Assembly: GCA_038063735.1 (NCBI GenBank)
Contig: JBBTUN010000004.1
Coordinates: 106,646-170,645, forward strand
Length of the DNA stretch: 64,000 nt
Direction: 5' to 3'
Origin: Patescibacteria group bacterium
Lineage (GTDB): Bacteria > Patescibacteriota > Microgenomatia > Curtissbacterales > GWA2-41-24
Part shown: piece after piece, positions 20,258 to 30,179 of the stretch
Numbering within the stretch: the stretch's first letter is position 1
Layout of the letters: each line of letters starts with the position of its first letter
Made by a program: the position numbers and the translations under genes
Notes under the pieces: model-generated
Seen by the model: only the letters and a program-made list of their open reading frames with translations
Databases searched by the model: none
Told to the model about the DNA's origin: nothing

Positions 20258-20880
20258 TTTTTATACGCAAACACAGGAAAATTAAGGTCTTTCTTCCAAG
20301 CTGACAGCGAGATTCCATTAATATCTTTATAAGAAACTATTGCGCCTTTGTTTTTAATTTCGTCAAATTTATTCTTTAAATCTTTGTCAGCTAAACTAAA
20401 ATCTATATCACTTGAAAAAGCAGAAATTCCTCTTTCGCACTCAGGATTGTAAGAACCTGTGCAAAAATACTCTATCAACGTGTCTTCGAGGAAAAAATTG
20501 CCATGAGCAAATCCAGGTGGCAGCCATATCCATTGTCCTTCACCGTCTTTTATATTTTGAGGCATGTCATAAAGAATTGCTTTTCCAAAAGTAGGGGAGT
20601 CTTTTCTTATATCCAAAGCAATATCAACCATGTGGCCGGATATTGTTCTAACCAATTTTCCCATCCTAGGGTTCCATTGAAAATGTAGACCTCGAATCAC
20701 GTTCTTTTTCGAATAGCTCTCATTAGACTGCATAAATTCAAAATCTTTAAAACCGTCTATTGTCTTAAAATCAGAAAGTTTAAAGGATTCGCAGAAATAA
20801 CCTCTCTCGTCCTTAAATTTTGCAAACTTAACTACTTGTAAACCATCAAGCGCTAAGTCAACTCTTTCGAAAATTTTCAT
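20254..20880 (-). CDS. rmlC: dTDP-4-dehydrorhamnose 3,5-epimerase (RmlC, cupin). The ORF-track start at 20952 is probably too long; the likely start is the MKIFERV ATG at 20880.
   Basis: FKDERGYFCE and RGLHFQ motifs characteristic of RmlC. A TATAAT lies immediately upstream of the 20880 ATG. Confidence 0.7.
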   Translation of the reverse strand: MKIFERVDLALDGLQVVKFAKFKDERGYFCESFKLSDFKTIDGFKDFEFMQSNESYSKKNVIRGLHFQWNPRMGKLVRTISGHMVDIALDIRKDSPTFGKAILYDMPQNIKDGEGQWIWLPPGFAHGNFFLEDTLIEYFCTGSYNPECERGISAFSSDIDFSLADKDLKNKFDEIKNKGAIVSYKDINGISLSAWKKDLNFPVFAYKN

Positions 20881-20936
20881 TACACTTATTATATAGCACA
20901 AAACATTGCGAAAAAGGTTGCCAGGGAAGCTAAAAA

Positions 20937-22013
20937 TTGCTACATTACACATCTAAAGTGAGAAAAAGAATTAAAATCATCAACAAAGTAATTCTATTAA
21001 CTGGAGCGGGAGGCTATATTGGCGCCGTTACGACCAAGACTCTATTAAATAAAGGATACGAAGTCAGAGCGTTAGATTCTTTCTACTGGGGCCTTAAACC
21101 TCTTCAGGAATTTAAAAACAATATAGAGATAATAAGAGAAGACATTCGTAACGTTAACCCTAAGATCCTCAATGGTGTACACACAGTAATTCATACTGCA
21201 GGACTATCGAATGATCCAATGGCAGACTTTAACCCTAGCGCCAATTTCGAAATCAACACAACCGCAACTGCTCGACTCGCAAAAATTTGTAAAAAGAACG
21301 GTGTAAAAAAGTTTATCTTTGCATCATCAGCGTCAATATATGATCGAGCCCGTGGAGGAAACATTTTGCAGGACGAAAGTTCTAATGTTAGCCCAGTAGC
21401 TGCCTACTCCCTCTCAAAGTTCAAGGCGGAACAGGAAATAATAAAAATTAAAAACAATGATTTTTGCCCTGTCATATTTAGACAGGGAACTGTCTACGGA
21501 TATTCCCCTCGGTTGAGGTACGATTTAGTAGTAAACACGATGGTTAAGGATGCATTAAACTGCCGAAGAATAAATGTGTTCTGTAAAGGCATGCAGTGGA
21601 GACCACTAGTTGATGTCAGAGATGTAGCAGAAGCCTACGTAAGGGCAATTGAGTGCAAAAATTTAATGATAAATGGACAGGTTTTTAACTTACTTTATAA
21701 AAACTATACAATGATCGAGCTGGCAAGAATTGTAAAAAAAATATTAAAAGAAAAATTTAATCTCGATATAAGAATTGTCATAGACAACACTCCAAAAATT
21801 GGCAGAAATTACAAAATCAGTTCAGAAAAATTGAATAGATATTTTAAATGGAAACCAAAATATTCTGTTGAGGATGCGGTTCAAGACTTAGTAAAGCAGA
21901 TTAAAAGGAACACCAACACGGATTTTACTCATCCCCGATATTATAATATTGAATGGATGAAATTATTAGTAGAAACAAGTCAAATACTTTCTTCAACTGA
22001 CAAAATATTTTAA
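20937..22013 (+). CDS. NAD-dependent epimerase/dehydratase (SDR). The start is uncertain: TTG at 20937 or GTG at 20958.
   Basis: LTGAGGYIG motif and YSLSK Y-x3-K. Confidence 0.65.
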   Translation: MLHYTSKVRKRIKIINKVILLTGAGGYIGAVTTKTLLNKGYEVRALDSFYWGLKPLQEFKNNIEIIREDIRNVNPKILNGVHTVIHTAGLSNDPMADFNPSANFEINTTATARLAKICKKNGVKKFIFASSASIYDRARGGNILQDESSNVSPVAAYSLSKFKAEQEIIKIKNNDFCPVIFRQGTVYGYSPRLRYDLVVNTMVKDALNCRRINVFCKGMQWRPLVDVRDVAEAYVRAIECKNLMINGQVFNLLYKNYTMIELARIVKKILKEKFNLDIRIVIDNTPKIGRNYKISSEKLNRYFKWKPKYSVEDAVQDLVKQIKRNTNTDFTHPRYYNIEWMKLLVETSQILSSTDKIF

Positions 22014-22014
22014 A

Positions 22015-22788
22015 GTGTTTTTTTTCTTAAAAAAGTTATATATATCCGCCCTAAAAAAAATTGAGATTTGTAGCGCAATAGCAGTACGGCTTACTAAGTA
22101 CACAGGGAAATCAAAGGTATTCATTCATCCAAAACACTTTTTAAATGAGAGGCCATGGTTTATTAAATTTCTCGCAAAAAATGACATAGTTTTAGATTTA
22201 GGATCAAGTAGCGGCCAGAATGCTATCAAGTCGTCAAACTATGTAAAAAAAATTGTAGGTATTGAAATAGACAAAACTCTTTTAGATATTTCCAGAAGAA
22301 CAATTGAGGAAAAAAAAATTAAAAATGTAAAATTTATAGAAGGAAATTTAGAAAAAAAATTATCTTTTAAAAATAAGTCATTCGATAAGGTAATATTTCT
22401 TGACGTTTTGGAGCACTTAATAAAGAGAGATCAGATTTTAAGCGAAATACATAGAATTTTAAAATCCAAAGGCCTACTAATAATAGGTGTACCCAATAAA
22501 GAAACATCATGGAAAAAAGCCCAAAGATCGGTAAGTATGTTTTCATACTCCGACCCCGATCATAAAATAGAATTTAGTGAGGCTGAGATTAAAAAATTAC
22601 TAACAAAACACAGTTTTCATATAATTCAATTTAATTATGCACCCTACGACACGCCTTTTAGAGGTTTTTACGATATTATTGGTGTTTTCTCTCTTAGTCT
22701 TTATAAGAAGATTCACGAATGGAGAGCAATAAAATCCCAGAAAAATGGAAAAGAAGCTTCTGGCTTTGAAATTGTTGCAGCCAAATGA
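22015..22788 (+). CDS. Class I SAM-dependent methyltransferase
   Basis: VLDLGSSSGQNAIK motif I and FLDVLEHL. Confidence 0.65.
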   Translation: MFFFLKKLYISALKKIEICSAIAVRLTKYTGKSKVFIHPKHFLNERPWFIKFLAKNDIVLDLGSSSGQNAIKSSNYVKKIVGIEIDKTLLDISRRTIEEKKIKNVKFIEGNLEKKLSFKNKSFDKVIFLDVLEHLIKRDQILSEIHRILKSKGLLIIGVPNKETSWKKAQRSVSMFSYSDPDHKIEFSEAEIKKLLTKHSFHIIQFNYAPYDTPFRGFYDIIGVFSLSLYKKIHEWRAIKSQKNGKEASGFEIVAAK

Positions 22789-24032
22789 AAATACTTTTTT
22801 TGCTTAAGTTCTATCAGCCGTTCGATAGGGGAGGATCAGAATGGAGTAGCCATGACCTAGCAAGGCTTCTAATCAAGGAGGGTCATGATGTAACTATTCT
22901 TACTCCAAACTACGGTGCCAAAAGAGAAGAAGTCATAGAGAAAATAAAGATAATTCGCTTTCCTTTTCCTATAAAACTTAGAAACCGTAAGCAAAAAATA
23001 GCACCTTACTGGACATCAAATATATTTTGGTACGTCTACACTTTCATAGTTTGCGTTTATTACAAAATTAGAGGTGACTATGAAATAATTCACGCCCATA
23101 ATAACGAGTTTATACCAGCAGTGGCGTTGACTGGGCTCACAACAAGAATTCCTACCGTAGCAACCTTTCGAGATTATCAGGCTCTTTGTCCGTTAGGATT
23201 TTGTTTGTGGACAAGCAATATCGCTTGCACTTTACATTCTTATTTTAAAAATGACTATAAGTTTTTTTTCAACAATTACGTAGAGAACAAGAACCCCATA
23301 AACTTCTTTGTTTATTTAGGTGCTGCAATTAGAGCAAGGTTATCTTCATATCTTGTGAAATACTTTGCAAAACAAATAAATGAAAAAGTGGCAGTTTCCA
23401 GTAAGGTAAAAAAAATCTTTCAAACCAACAACGTTAAAGGCTTAAAAATTATTTATAATCCAGTGATCATTAAGACGTCATCAGAACATCGAAACAACAC
23501 TGTTTTGTACGTTGGCAAATTTTCCCCAGGTAAAGGAATAAATTTACTCTTAGAAATATTACCTAAACTAGCTATTCAGCTTCCTGAAGTTACTTTTGTA
23601 TTAATAGGGTCTGGAAACCTTGAGGCAATCGTTCAAAATTTTTTAATAGCACATAATTTAATTCACAGGGTTAAAATTACAGGGCAGTTACCCCACGATA
23701 AAACTCTGCAATATGTAAAAAGAGCGCAATTAGTCATGGTGCCGTCTTTGTGGCCAGAGCCTCTTCCTAGAAGCGTAATTGAAGCAATACTTTCTAGGGT
23801 TCCCGCTATTGCAACAAACACGGGAGGTATTAGCGAAATATTAAAAGATGAAAGGTACGGAATAATGTCAGAAGCAAATTCTAAAAGTTTCTACCGAGGT
23901 GTTTTAAAAGCTTATAAAAATCGTTTAAAACTTAGAGCGAATATCCAAAATGATATTGATGACCTAAAATATTTATATTCTACTCAAACAGTAAATTCCT
24001 ACACCAGTATATATAAAAGTTTACTAAAATGA
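22785..24032 (+). CDS. GT4 family glycosyltransferase
   Basis: GT-B architecture with PEPLPRSVIEAILSRVPAIATNTGG. Confidence 0.7.
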   Translation: MKILFLLKFYQPFDRGGSEWSSHDLARLLIKEGHDVTILTPNYGAKREEVIEKIKIIRFPFPIKLRNRKQKIAPYWTSNIFWYVYTFIVCVYYKIRGDYEIIHAHNNEFIPAVALTGLTTRIPTVATFRDYQALCPLGFCLWTSNIACTLHSYFKNDYKFFFNNYVENKNPINFFVYLGAAIRARLSSYLVKYFAKQINEKVAVSSKVKKIFQTNNVKGLKIIYNPVIIKTSSEHRNNTVLYVGKFSPGKGINLLLEILPKLAIQLPEVTFVLIGSGNLEAIVQNFLIAHNLIHRVKITGQLPHDKTLQYVKRAQLVMVPSLWPEPLPRSVIEAILSRVPAIATNTGGISEILKDERYGIMSEANSKSFYRGVLKAYKNRLKLRANIQNDIDDLKYLYSTQTVNSYTSIYKSLLK

Positions 24033-25117
24033 ATTTAGGTTTAATTTTGGCTATAGGAGAAAGCTTCAGAGATCTTGAAAAAAAAGGTCAGCTGAAGAGG
24101 TTGATAAACTATAACATCAAAAGTTACGCTAGACACTTTGATAAGGTATACATCTTTTCATACAAGAATGACAGGAACTTTAAAATACCAAAAAACTGTG
24201 TGTTAGTAACTAACAAAAGAGGAGTGAATCGTTTCTTTTATAGCTTACTCCTACCTTTTTTAAAAAATAGTGAATTTAAAAACTGTGATGTAATTCGCGG
24301 TCTACAAATAACTGGAGGAATTCCAGCAGTTGTAGCCAAAATATTTCTTGGCAAAAAGTTTGTGATTAATTATGGCTATGATTACGCGAAATTTGCGAGT
24401 ATTGAAAACAAAAAACTGCAGAGCCTCCTTTTCAAAGTAATAGAAATGCCTATATTGAAAACTGCCGAAAGAGTAATAATAACATCAAGTGAAATCTACA
24501 ACAAACTTTCTAAAAAAATAAATAGAAAGAAATTGTTACTAATTCCAAACGGAGTAGATAATAAATTATTTAAGCCCGCTTACAACAAAAAGTCTAATCA
24601 ATTTACTGTAATGTTTATCGGCAGGATAGAGAAACAGAAAAACCTGGAAAATCTTATTATCGCTGCACAAAAATTACCTAAAATCAAAATCATCTTAATA
24701 GGAAATGGGTCCTTGAAAGGACAACTAAAACTTCTGTCAAAAAGAAAAAAAGTAACGATTAAAATCGTTCCACCCGTAGACTATGAGGAAATACCAAAAA
24801 ATTTGGCAAGAGCAGATGTTTTTGCTTTACCATCACTCGTAGAAGGAAATCCTAAAATCCTTCTTGAAGCTATGGCATGCCAAAAAGCCGTAATTGGCAC
24901 CAACGTAGAGGGTATTAGAGAACTAATAATAAACAAATATAATGGTATTTTGACGGATACAGATCACGATAGTATAAGATCAGGCTTAATAGAGCTGTTA
25001 GATGATAAGTTAAGACAAAAACTAGGGAAGCAAGCCAGAAAATTCATAATAGAGAATTATGACATTGAAAAACTTTTAGAAAAAGAAAATCGAATTTTAT
25101 TAAAGCTAGCAAAGTGA
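24029..25117 (+). CDS. GT4 family glycosyltransferase
   Basis: EGNPKILLEAMACQKAVIGTN motif. Confidence 0.7.
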   Translation: MNLGLILAIGESFRDLEKKGQLKRLINYNIKSYARHFDKVYIFSYKNDRNFKIPKNCVLVTNKRGVNRFFYSLLLPFLKNSEFKNCDVIRGLQITGGIPAVVAKIFLGKKFVINYGYDYAKFASIENKKLQSLLFKVIEMPILKTAERVIITSSEIYNKLSKKINRKKLLLIPNGVDNKLFKPAYNKKSNQFTVMFIGRIEKQKNLENLIIAAQKLPKIKIILIGNGSLKGQLKLLSKRKKVTIKIVPPVDYEEIPKNLARADVFALPSLVEGNPKILLEAMACQKAVIGTNVEGIRELIINKYNGILTDTDHDSIRSGLIELLDDKLRQKLGKQARKFIIENYDIEKLLEKENRILLKLAK

Positions 25118-26193
25118 AAAAAGTATTATTTGTTTACAGAACTCCAAGAGGGCAAGTGCTTGAAAATTGGAAAAAAGGAAAAGGTCCAGACAGCCTGCTT
25201 TTTGGGGCCAATCATCTTAAAAGGTTAGGGTACAAAGTTGATTTTTTTGATATCGCATATTCACCTTTGAATATATTTCACCCCCTCTTCTACTTATTTG
25301 AGCACTCGATTATTAATGTCACAAAAATGGGCTTTAAGCTTGATCAGGCAACATTCTTATATTCAAAGTTTTCTAAATACGACGTCATTGTTGCAACGGG
25401 TGATTCGGTGGGTTTACCAATTCTGCTTCTAAAATATATGAAGCTAATTAATAAACCTGTGGTTTTTATGACAGCCGGCCTTGCTGGTGCTCTTAAGGAC
25501 AAGACAAACACTTGGGTTGGAAAATTTTATAAAAAAATTTTACCTAGTGCCGATATATTTACTGCATATTCACAAGTAGAAATTGATTTTTTTGAAAAAG
25601 AGATGAGAATAAAAAACAAAATAAGATACATTCCGCTTGCAACCGATTACGAATACTTTTCTCAAAAGTCATCTTCAGAAAGAACAGTAATTTGTGCAGT
25701 CGGAACTGAGATAGGAAGAGACTACAAAACATTTTTTGAGGCGATAAAGAAATTGCAAATACCTGTAGAAATAGCATGTCACACGGATAACATCAAAGGT
25801 TTAAAAATCCCAAAAAACGTCAAGGTACATATAAACATACCCGAAAGTGAAGTATTAGAACTATATCAAAGATCTTTGCTCTCTGTAATCCCATGCAAAG
25901 AAAGATATAGATCGTCTGGCCAAATGGTTGTTTTAGAATCTGCAGCAGCAGGTCTGCCTATCGTTGCAAGTGGCATCTCTGGGATCACATCTGCTTTTTC
26001 ATTTGAAAATAAAAAGCATATTATTTTCTCAAAACCGCATGATCCGATTGATCTTAAAAATAAAATATCATTTTTGTTAAATAACGGATCAATGGCAAGC
26101 AATCTTGGAAAAAATGCATCAATAAAAGTAAAAGAAGAATACACAACCATGCATTTTGCGAAAACTCTTGCAAAAATGATAGATCATCTATGA
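25114..26193 (+). CDS. GT-B fold glycosyltransferase (GT4-like, divergent)
   Basis: SGQMVVLESAAAGLPIVAS C-terminal motif. Confidence 0.6.
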   Translation: MKKVLFVYRTPRGQVLENWKKGKGPDSLLFGANHLKRLGYKVDFFDIAYSPLNIFHPLFYLFEHSIINVTKMGFKLDQATFLYSKFSKYDVIVATGDSVGLPILLLKYMKLINKPVVFMTAGLAGALKDKTNTWVGKFYKKILPSADIFTAYSQVEIDFFEKEMRIKNKIRYIPLATDYEYFSQKSSSERTVICAVGTEIGRDYKTFFEAIKKLQIPVEIACHTDNIKGLKIPKNVKVHINIPESEVLELYQRSLLSVIPCKERYRSSGQMVVLESAAAGLPIVASGISGITSAFSFENKKHIIFSKPHDPIDLKNKISFLLNNGSMASNLGKNASIKVKEEYTTMHFAKTLAKMIDHL

Positions 26194-27893
26194 AACTGTT
26201 GCTACCATTTTTAGTAATCCTGGTATCGGTCATCTACGGAATGCCTAACGTGATACTCTACTCTAGGTTTAAAAATGAATACACTCCTTTTACACTCTCC
26301 TCAACATCCCCAATCGGTAGAGATGAATCATTCGCTTATGGGCCAGAAGTGAATTATATTTTGTCTGAGAGGAGTTTACTAAAAGAAATTTATATAAAAG
26401 AGTATAGTACAATGCCAACACCCTTCCTTGGAGAGTCAGCCTCAGCAGCAACCCTTTCATTTTTTGCTTTTTTGACAAGTTCAGTACCAAAGGCATTTAT
26501 TATTGCTGATTTTATATTCCCTCCAGTGATATTCATGGGGTTATATTATTTTTCATGTAAATTTATTAACAACCGCGTTTTTGCAGCTTCTGCTGCCTTC
26601 GCAACTGTTATATCCAGAGACTTTATAGCAGTCATACCGTATCCGTTAGAAACTGCAAAATATCTTTTAAATCAAGAAAATCAAAACTACCTACTATATT
26701 TTTCAAGAGCGTTTCAACCACAAATAAGTTTTCTATACTTTTTGTTAGCGTTAATTGCAACATTAAAAATAATAAATGCACCTAAAAAGATAAGCAACAC
26801 AGTATTTCTCGGGATTACTTACGGATTGTTATTTTACACGTACGTTTTTAATTGGAGCCTATTTTCTATTTTCTATTTATGTATCCTCATAATATTTATT
26901 GCTAGAGAAGAGTTAGCAATAGTAAAATCAATGATATTCGCCGGCATAATAGCGTTATGTATCTCAGGCTATTATTTATTTGAAATCTATCAATTTTATA
27001 AGTTACCCAGCATAAACGACTTTGTTGCTAAAAATTCTCTACAAAATGTCCCAATACCGGCAACTTTAATAAGATACAGTTTTCTGGCAATCGCTTTTCT
27101 TCTAACAACCAAAAAAAAAGGTTTGCATGTTTACACACTATTTATTTTACTTGCTACTGGGGTACTAGTAACTCCGATCTCAAAGACATTAATTGGTCAA
27201 GACCTTGAAACATTCCATTATTTAAGAAGAATTATAATGCCTTTTGCCACGATAGCAATGTTCGCGATTATTTACAATTTACAAGCTAAGAAGAAATATC
27301 TGCAAAATGTAACAGCAATTATTTTTATTTTTATTTTTGTAACGTATGGATTTAGAACACAGTTAATTGCAACGGACAAAATTGCTGCTAGTCACAAAAA
27401 GGACACTGACCTGGAAAGTGTATTTTATTGGATAAATCATAATACGCCAAAAAACTCCGTCGTAGCCTCTCTGAATCCAAATTTTTCTTCATTGATCCCA
27501 TTGCATACAAGAAATTATACTTACTTTCCCCCAACCGACAGAACAATAATGCCTACTTATGAAGGAGTAGAGAGGTATAAAATTCTAAACCAGATTTTAG
27601 GTACAGATGAAAATTGGCAGAAAAAGAACATTGATACATTAGTTTCATACATGTTTGTGTATCAATCGTATGACGATATGAGAAACTTACATTTAGACTC
27701 AGAACGGCGACATGAAGCGGAAAGGCAAATGGATATCTTAAATGAAAATGATAACTGGAAAATGAAGGTAAATAAATACCAAATTGACTATATTATTACT
27801 ACCCCTGATGAACTGATTAATATAAATCCTGACCCAAAATATTTGAAATTCATAACGTCAATCAATCAGTATCTGATTTTTAAAAAGATATGA
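26190..27893 (+). CDS. Polytopic membrane protein with a soluble C-terminal domain, GT-C-like
   Basis: PIGRDESFAYGPE loop resembles the DE motif of the PMT-like paralogs. At least 9 TM segments and a roughly 180-aa soluble C-terminal domain. Confidence 0.45.
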   Translation: MKLLLPFLVILVSVIYGMPNVILYSRFKNEYTPFTLSSTSPIGRDESFAYGPEVNYILSERSLLKEIYIKEYSTMPTPFLGESASAATLSFFAFLTSSVPKAFIIADFIFPPVIFMGLYYFSCKFINNRVFAASAAFATVISRDFIAVIPYPLETAKYLLNQENQNYLLYFSRAFQPQISFLYFLLALIATLKIINAPKKISNTVFLGITYGLLFYTYVFNWSLFSIFYLCILIIFIAREELAIVKSMIFAGIIALCISGYYLFEIYQFYKLPSINDFVAKNSLQNVPIPATLIRYSFLAIAFLLTTKKKGLHVYTLFILLATGVLVTPISKTLIGQDLETFHYLRRIIMPFATIAMFAIIYNLQAKKKYLQNVTAIIFIFIFVTYGFRTQLIATDKIAASHKKDTDLESVFYWINHNTPKNSVVASLNPNFSSLIPLHTRNYTYFPPTDRTIMPTYEGVERYKILNQILGTDENWQKKNIDTLVSYMFVYQSYDDMRNLHLDSERRHEAERQMDILNENDNWKMKVNKYQIDYIITTPDELININPDPKYLKFITSINQYLIFKKI

Positions 27894-28624
27894 AGCCAAT
27901 TGCATATAAGGAAATGTACGAGAATGAGCTAAGTCATCCTTGGTACACATATACAAGAAAAAGACTACTGAGAACGTTCAAGACACTTATTAAAACAGAA
28001 GCAAAAATCTTAGATCTAGGGTGCGGTACTGGGGGCACACTCATAAAGTTAAAAGACGCTGGTTTTAAAAACATTTATGGTTTAGATAAAAGCAATGCGG
28101 CGATCGAATATTGTAAAAAAAGAAAACTAGAAAACCTGGTGATAGGGAACATAAATACTTTGCCATATAAGGCAAAGTCATTCGATGCGATAGTTTGTTT
28201 AGACGTCCTATATCACGAAGGAGTGAACTTAGAATTAGCTTTAAATGAAATTTATAGAGTATTAAAAAGAGGTGGCATTTGCTATTTACAAGAACCAGCA
28301 CTAGATTGGCTAAAATCACAACATGACTTAGCGGTCGAAACCAAGACACGGTTTACTAAAACAATTTTAACCAGCGCGTTAAGAAGAAAAAGATTTCGAA
28401 TAATTTACTCAACTTACTATAATACGTTTTTATTGCCGTTTATTATCTTAAAAAGACTGATAGATAAAACAAGAAAAAAAGACCAGGTTTCTTCAGATGT
28501 TTATCAATTACCTCCTGTTATATCAGCAGTTTTTTCATTCGTTCTTAATTTTGAAAATATTATTACCCTGAATTCAGGAAGTTTACCCTTTGGGCTCTCA
28601 ATTATTATAGTTTCTAAAAAATGA
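27890..28624 (+). CDS. Class I SAM-dependent methyltransferase
   Basis: ILDLGCGTGG motif I. Confidence 0.65.
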   Translation: MKPIAYKEMYENELSHPWYTYTRKRLLRTFKTLIKTEAKILDLGCGTGGTLIKLKDAGFKNIYGLDKSNAAIEYCKKRKLENLVIGNINTLPYKAKSFDAIVCLDVLYHEGVNLELALNEIYRVLKRGGICYLQEPALDWLKSQHDLAVETKTRFTKTILTSALRRKRFRIIYSTYYNTFLLPFIILKRLIDKTRKKDQVSSDVYQLPPVISAVFSFVLNFENIITLNSGSLPFGLSIIIVSKK

Positions 28625-30144
28625 AGCATGCACTAATAATAGCCGCTGCCTCATTAGCTGCAATATTTATTCATGGCTACCAGTTCGCCGTGTCAGACCA
28701 AGAGATTTTTATTCCTTACATTCTAAAATGGCAGAACCCTTCACTATTCCCGACAGACTTACTTTTTAACCAGTTTTCTGCAAAAGCCTCCATATTTTAT
28801 CCCATATACGGTTATGTCATAAGATTTGTAGGCATACAGACAGCCTTTTTCATAAGTTATTTATTATTTCAACTTTTTTTCTTCCATGCTATTTACAAAT
28901 TGTCATTCACTCTTTTACGAGATAAAAATCTTGCCTATGTCTCTCTTCTACTCTTTTTGCTACCGAAATTTATCGGAGGAACCGCAACACTGACCTTTGA
29001 TAATTTTTTTGGATACAGATCACTAGGACAAATTTTTTTAATATATTACTTATCTTACTTGATAGAAAAGAAATTCAAAAAAGCAGCCGGCTTTGCTTTA
29101 TTAAGTTTAATCTTTCACCCTCTATCTATTTTGCCAAGTCTTGTCCTGATGCCAGTTTTTCATGAAAGATTTAAATTACTAAACTTTTTTATAAAATACA
29201 AAACCTTTATTTCCATACTTCTCATTATTATTTTTATATTGTTTTTGAATACAAGAGATTACTCGTGGCTTTCAATAATTAAATCTAGAGATGACTACCT
29301 GTTTCCCTCTCAATGGGGAATAAGGGGTTGGCTTTCACTTTTTATGTACTATTCAATAGTTTTAATCTTGACGATGCAATTAACGATAAAATACAAAAAA
29401 ATAGTAACTATTTTAATTTTAATCCTAACCTCATTGTTTATTTTTAACTTCATAGGGCTTGAGGTTTTTCAAAATCCTGCCCTTGCAAGACTACAATTAG
29501 TGAGATCCATCTCGCCAATTGCATATATCGCCTTAGCCATCTCACCACTCTTTTTGGGGGGCAAGAATGCTTTACAAACAATTCTAGGTACATTGTCTAT
29601 TGTTTTTCTTGCCCTGAACCAATTTGAGGTATTCACCCTAGTTCTCATACTTTTTTTACTTTGCCACGCTCTAAGACGCGGAGAACACATAAAGCTAATG
29701 AAACCGTTACCCGTATACTTACTTATTTGTACGGTTATTGGCGTGTCCTTATTTGTGGCTTACCTAAATAATAAAAATTCACTATCTACTATTAATTACC
29801 CAAAGCCCCAAGACGAGTGGGTTGAAGTACAAATATGGGCAAAAAATAATACAAACCAATTTCAATTATTTCTCATTGACCCAAGCTTAACAGGGTTTAG
29901 AATCTTCTCTGAAAGACAAATATCAGGAGACATAAAAGATGGGGCAGTAGTAATTTATGACAGGAGTTATGCAAGATATTGGCAAAACTTAATAAACTCC
30001 ACAAAAGATTTTGATAGTCTCACAGAAGACCAACTCATGAGAATAAATAAAGATGAAAAGTACCAATTTATAGTCACAAAAAAAAATAACCTTACTTTTT
30101 CTAAAACCTTTGAAAACCAGAAATACACAATATATAAGTTTTAA
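28621..30144 (+). CDS. Polytopic membrane protein, possibly a glycan polymerase/ligase or GT-C. Function unclear.
   Basis: 507 aa with about 10 TM segments and a roughly 140-aa soluble C-terminal domain. Glycosylation context. Confidence 0.4.
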   Translation: MKHALIIAAASLAAIFIHGYQFAVSDQEIFIPYILKWQNPSLFPTDLLFNQFSAKASIFYPIYGYVIRFVGIQTAFFISYLLFQLFFFHAIYKLSFTLLRDKNLAYVSLLLFLLPKFIGGTATLTFDNFFGYRSLGQIFLIYYLSYLIEKKFKKAAGFALLSLIFHPLSILPSLVLMPVFHERFKLLNFFIKYKTFISILLIIIFILFLNTRDYSWLSIIKSRDDYLFPSQWGIRGWLSLFMYYSIVLILTMQLTIKYKKIVTILILILTSLFIFNFIGLEVFQNPALARLQLVRSISPIAYIALAISPLFLGGKNALQTILGTLSIVFLALNQFEVFTLVLILFLLCHALRRGEHIKLMKPLPVYLLICTVIGVSLFVAYLNNKNSLSTINYPKPQDEWVEVQIWAKNNTNQFQLFLIDPSLTGFRIFSERQISGDIKDGAVVIYDRSYARYWQNLINSTKDFDSLTEDQLMRINKDEKYQFIVTKKNNLTFSKTFENQKYTIYKF

Positions 30145-30179
30145 CACCATGTGATTAATAGCGTGCTAAAATAAGCACC

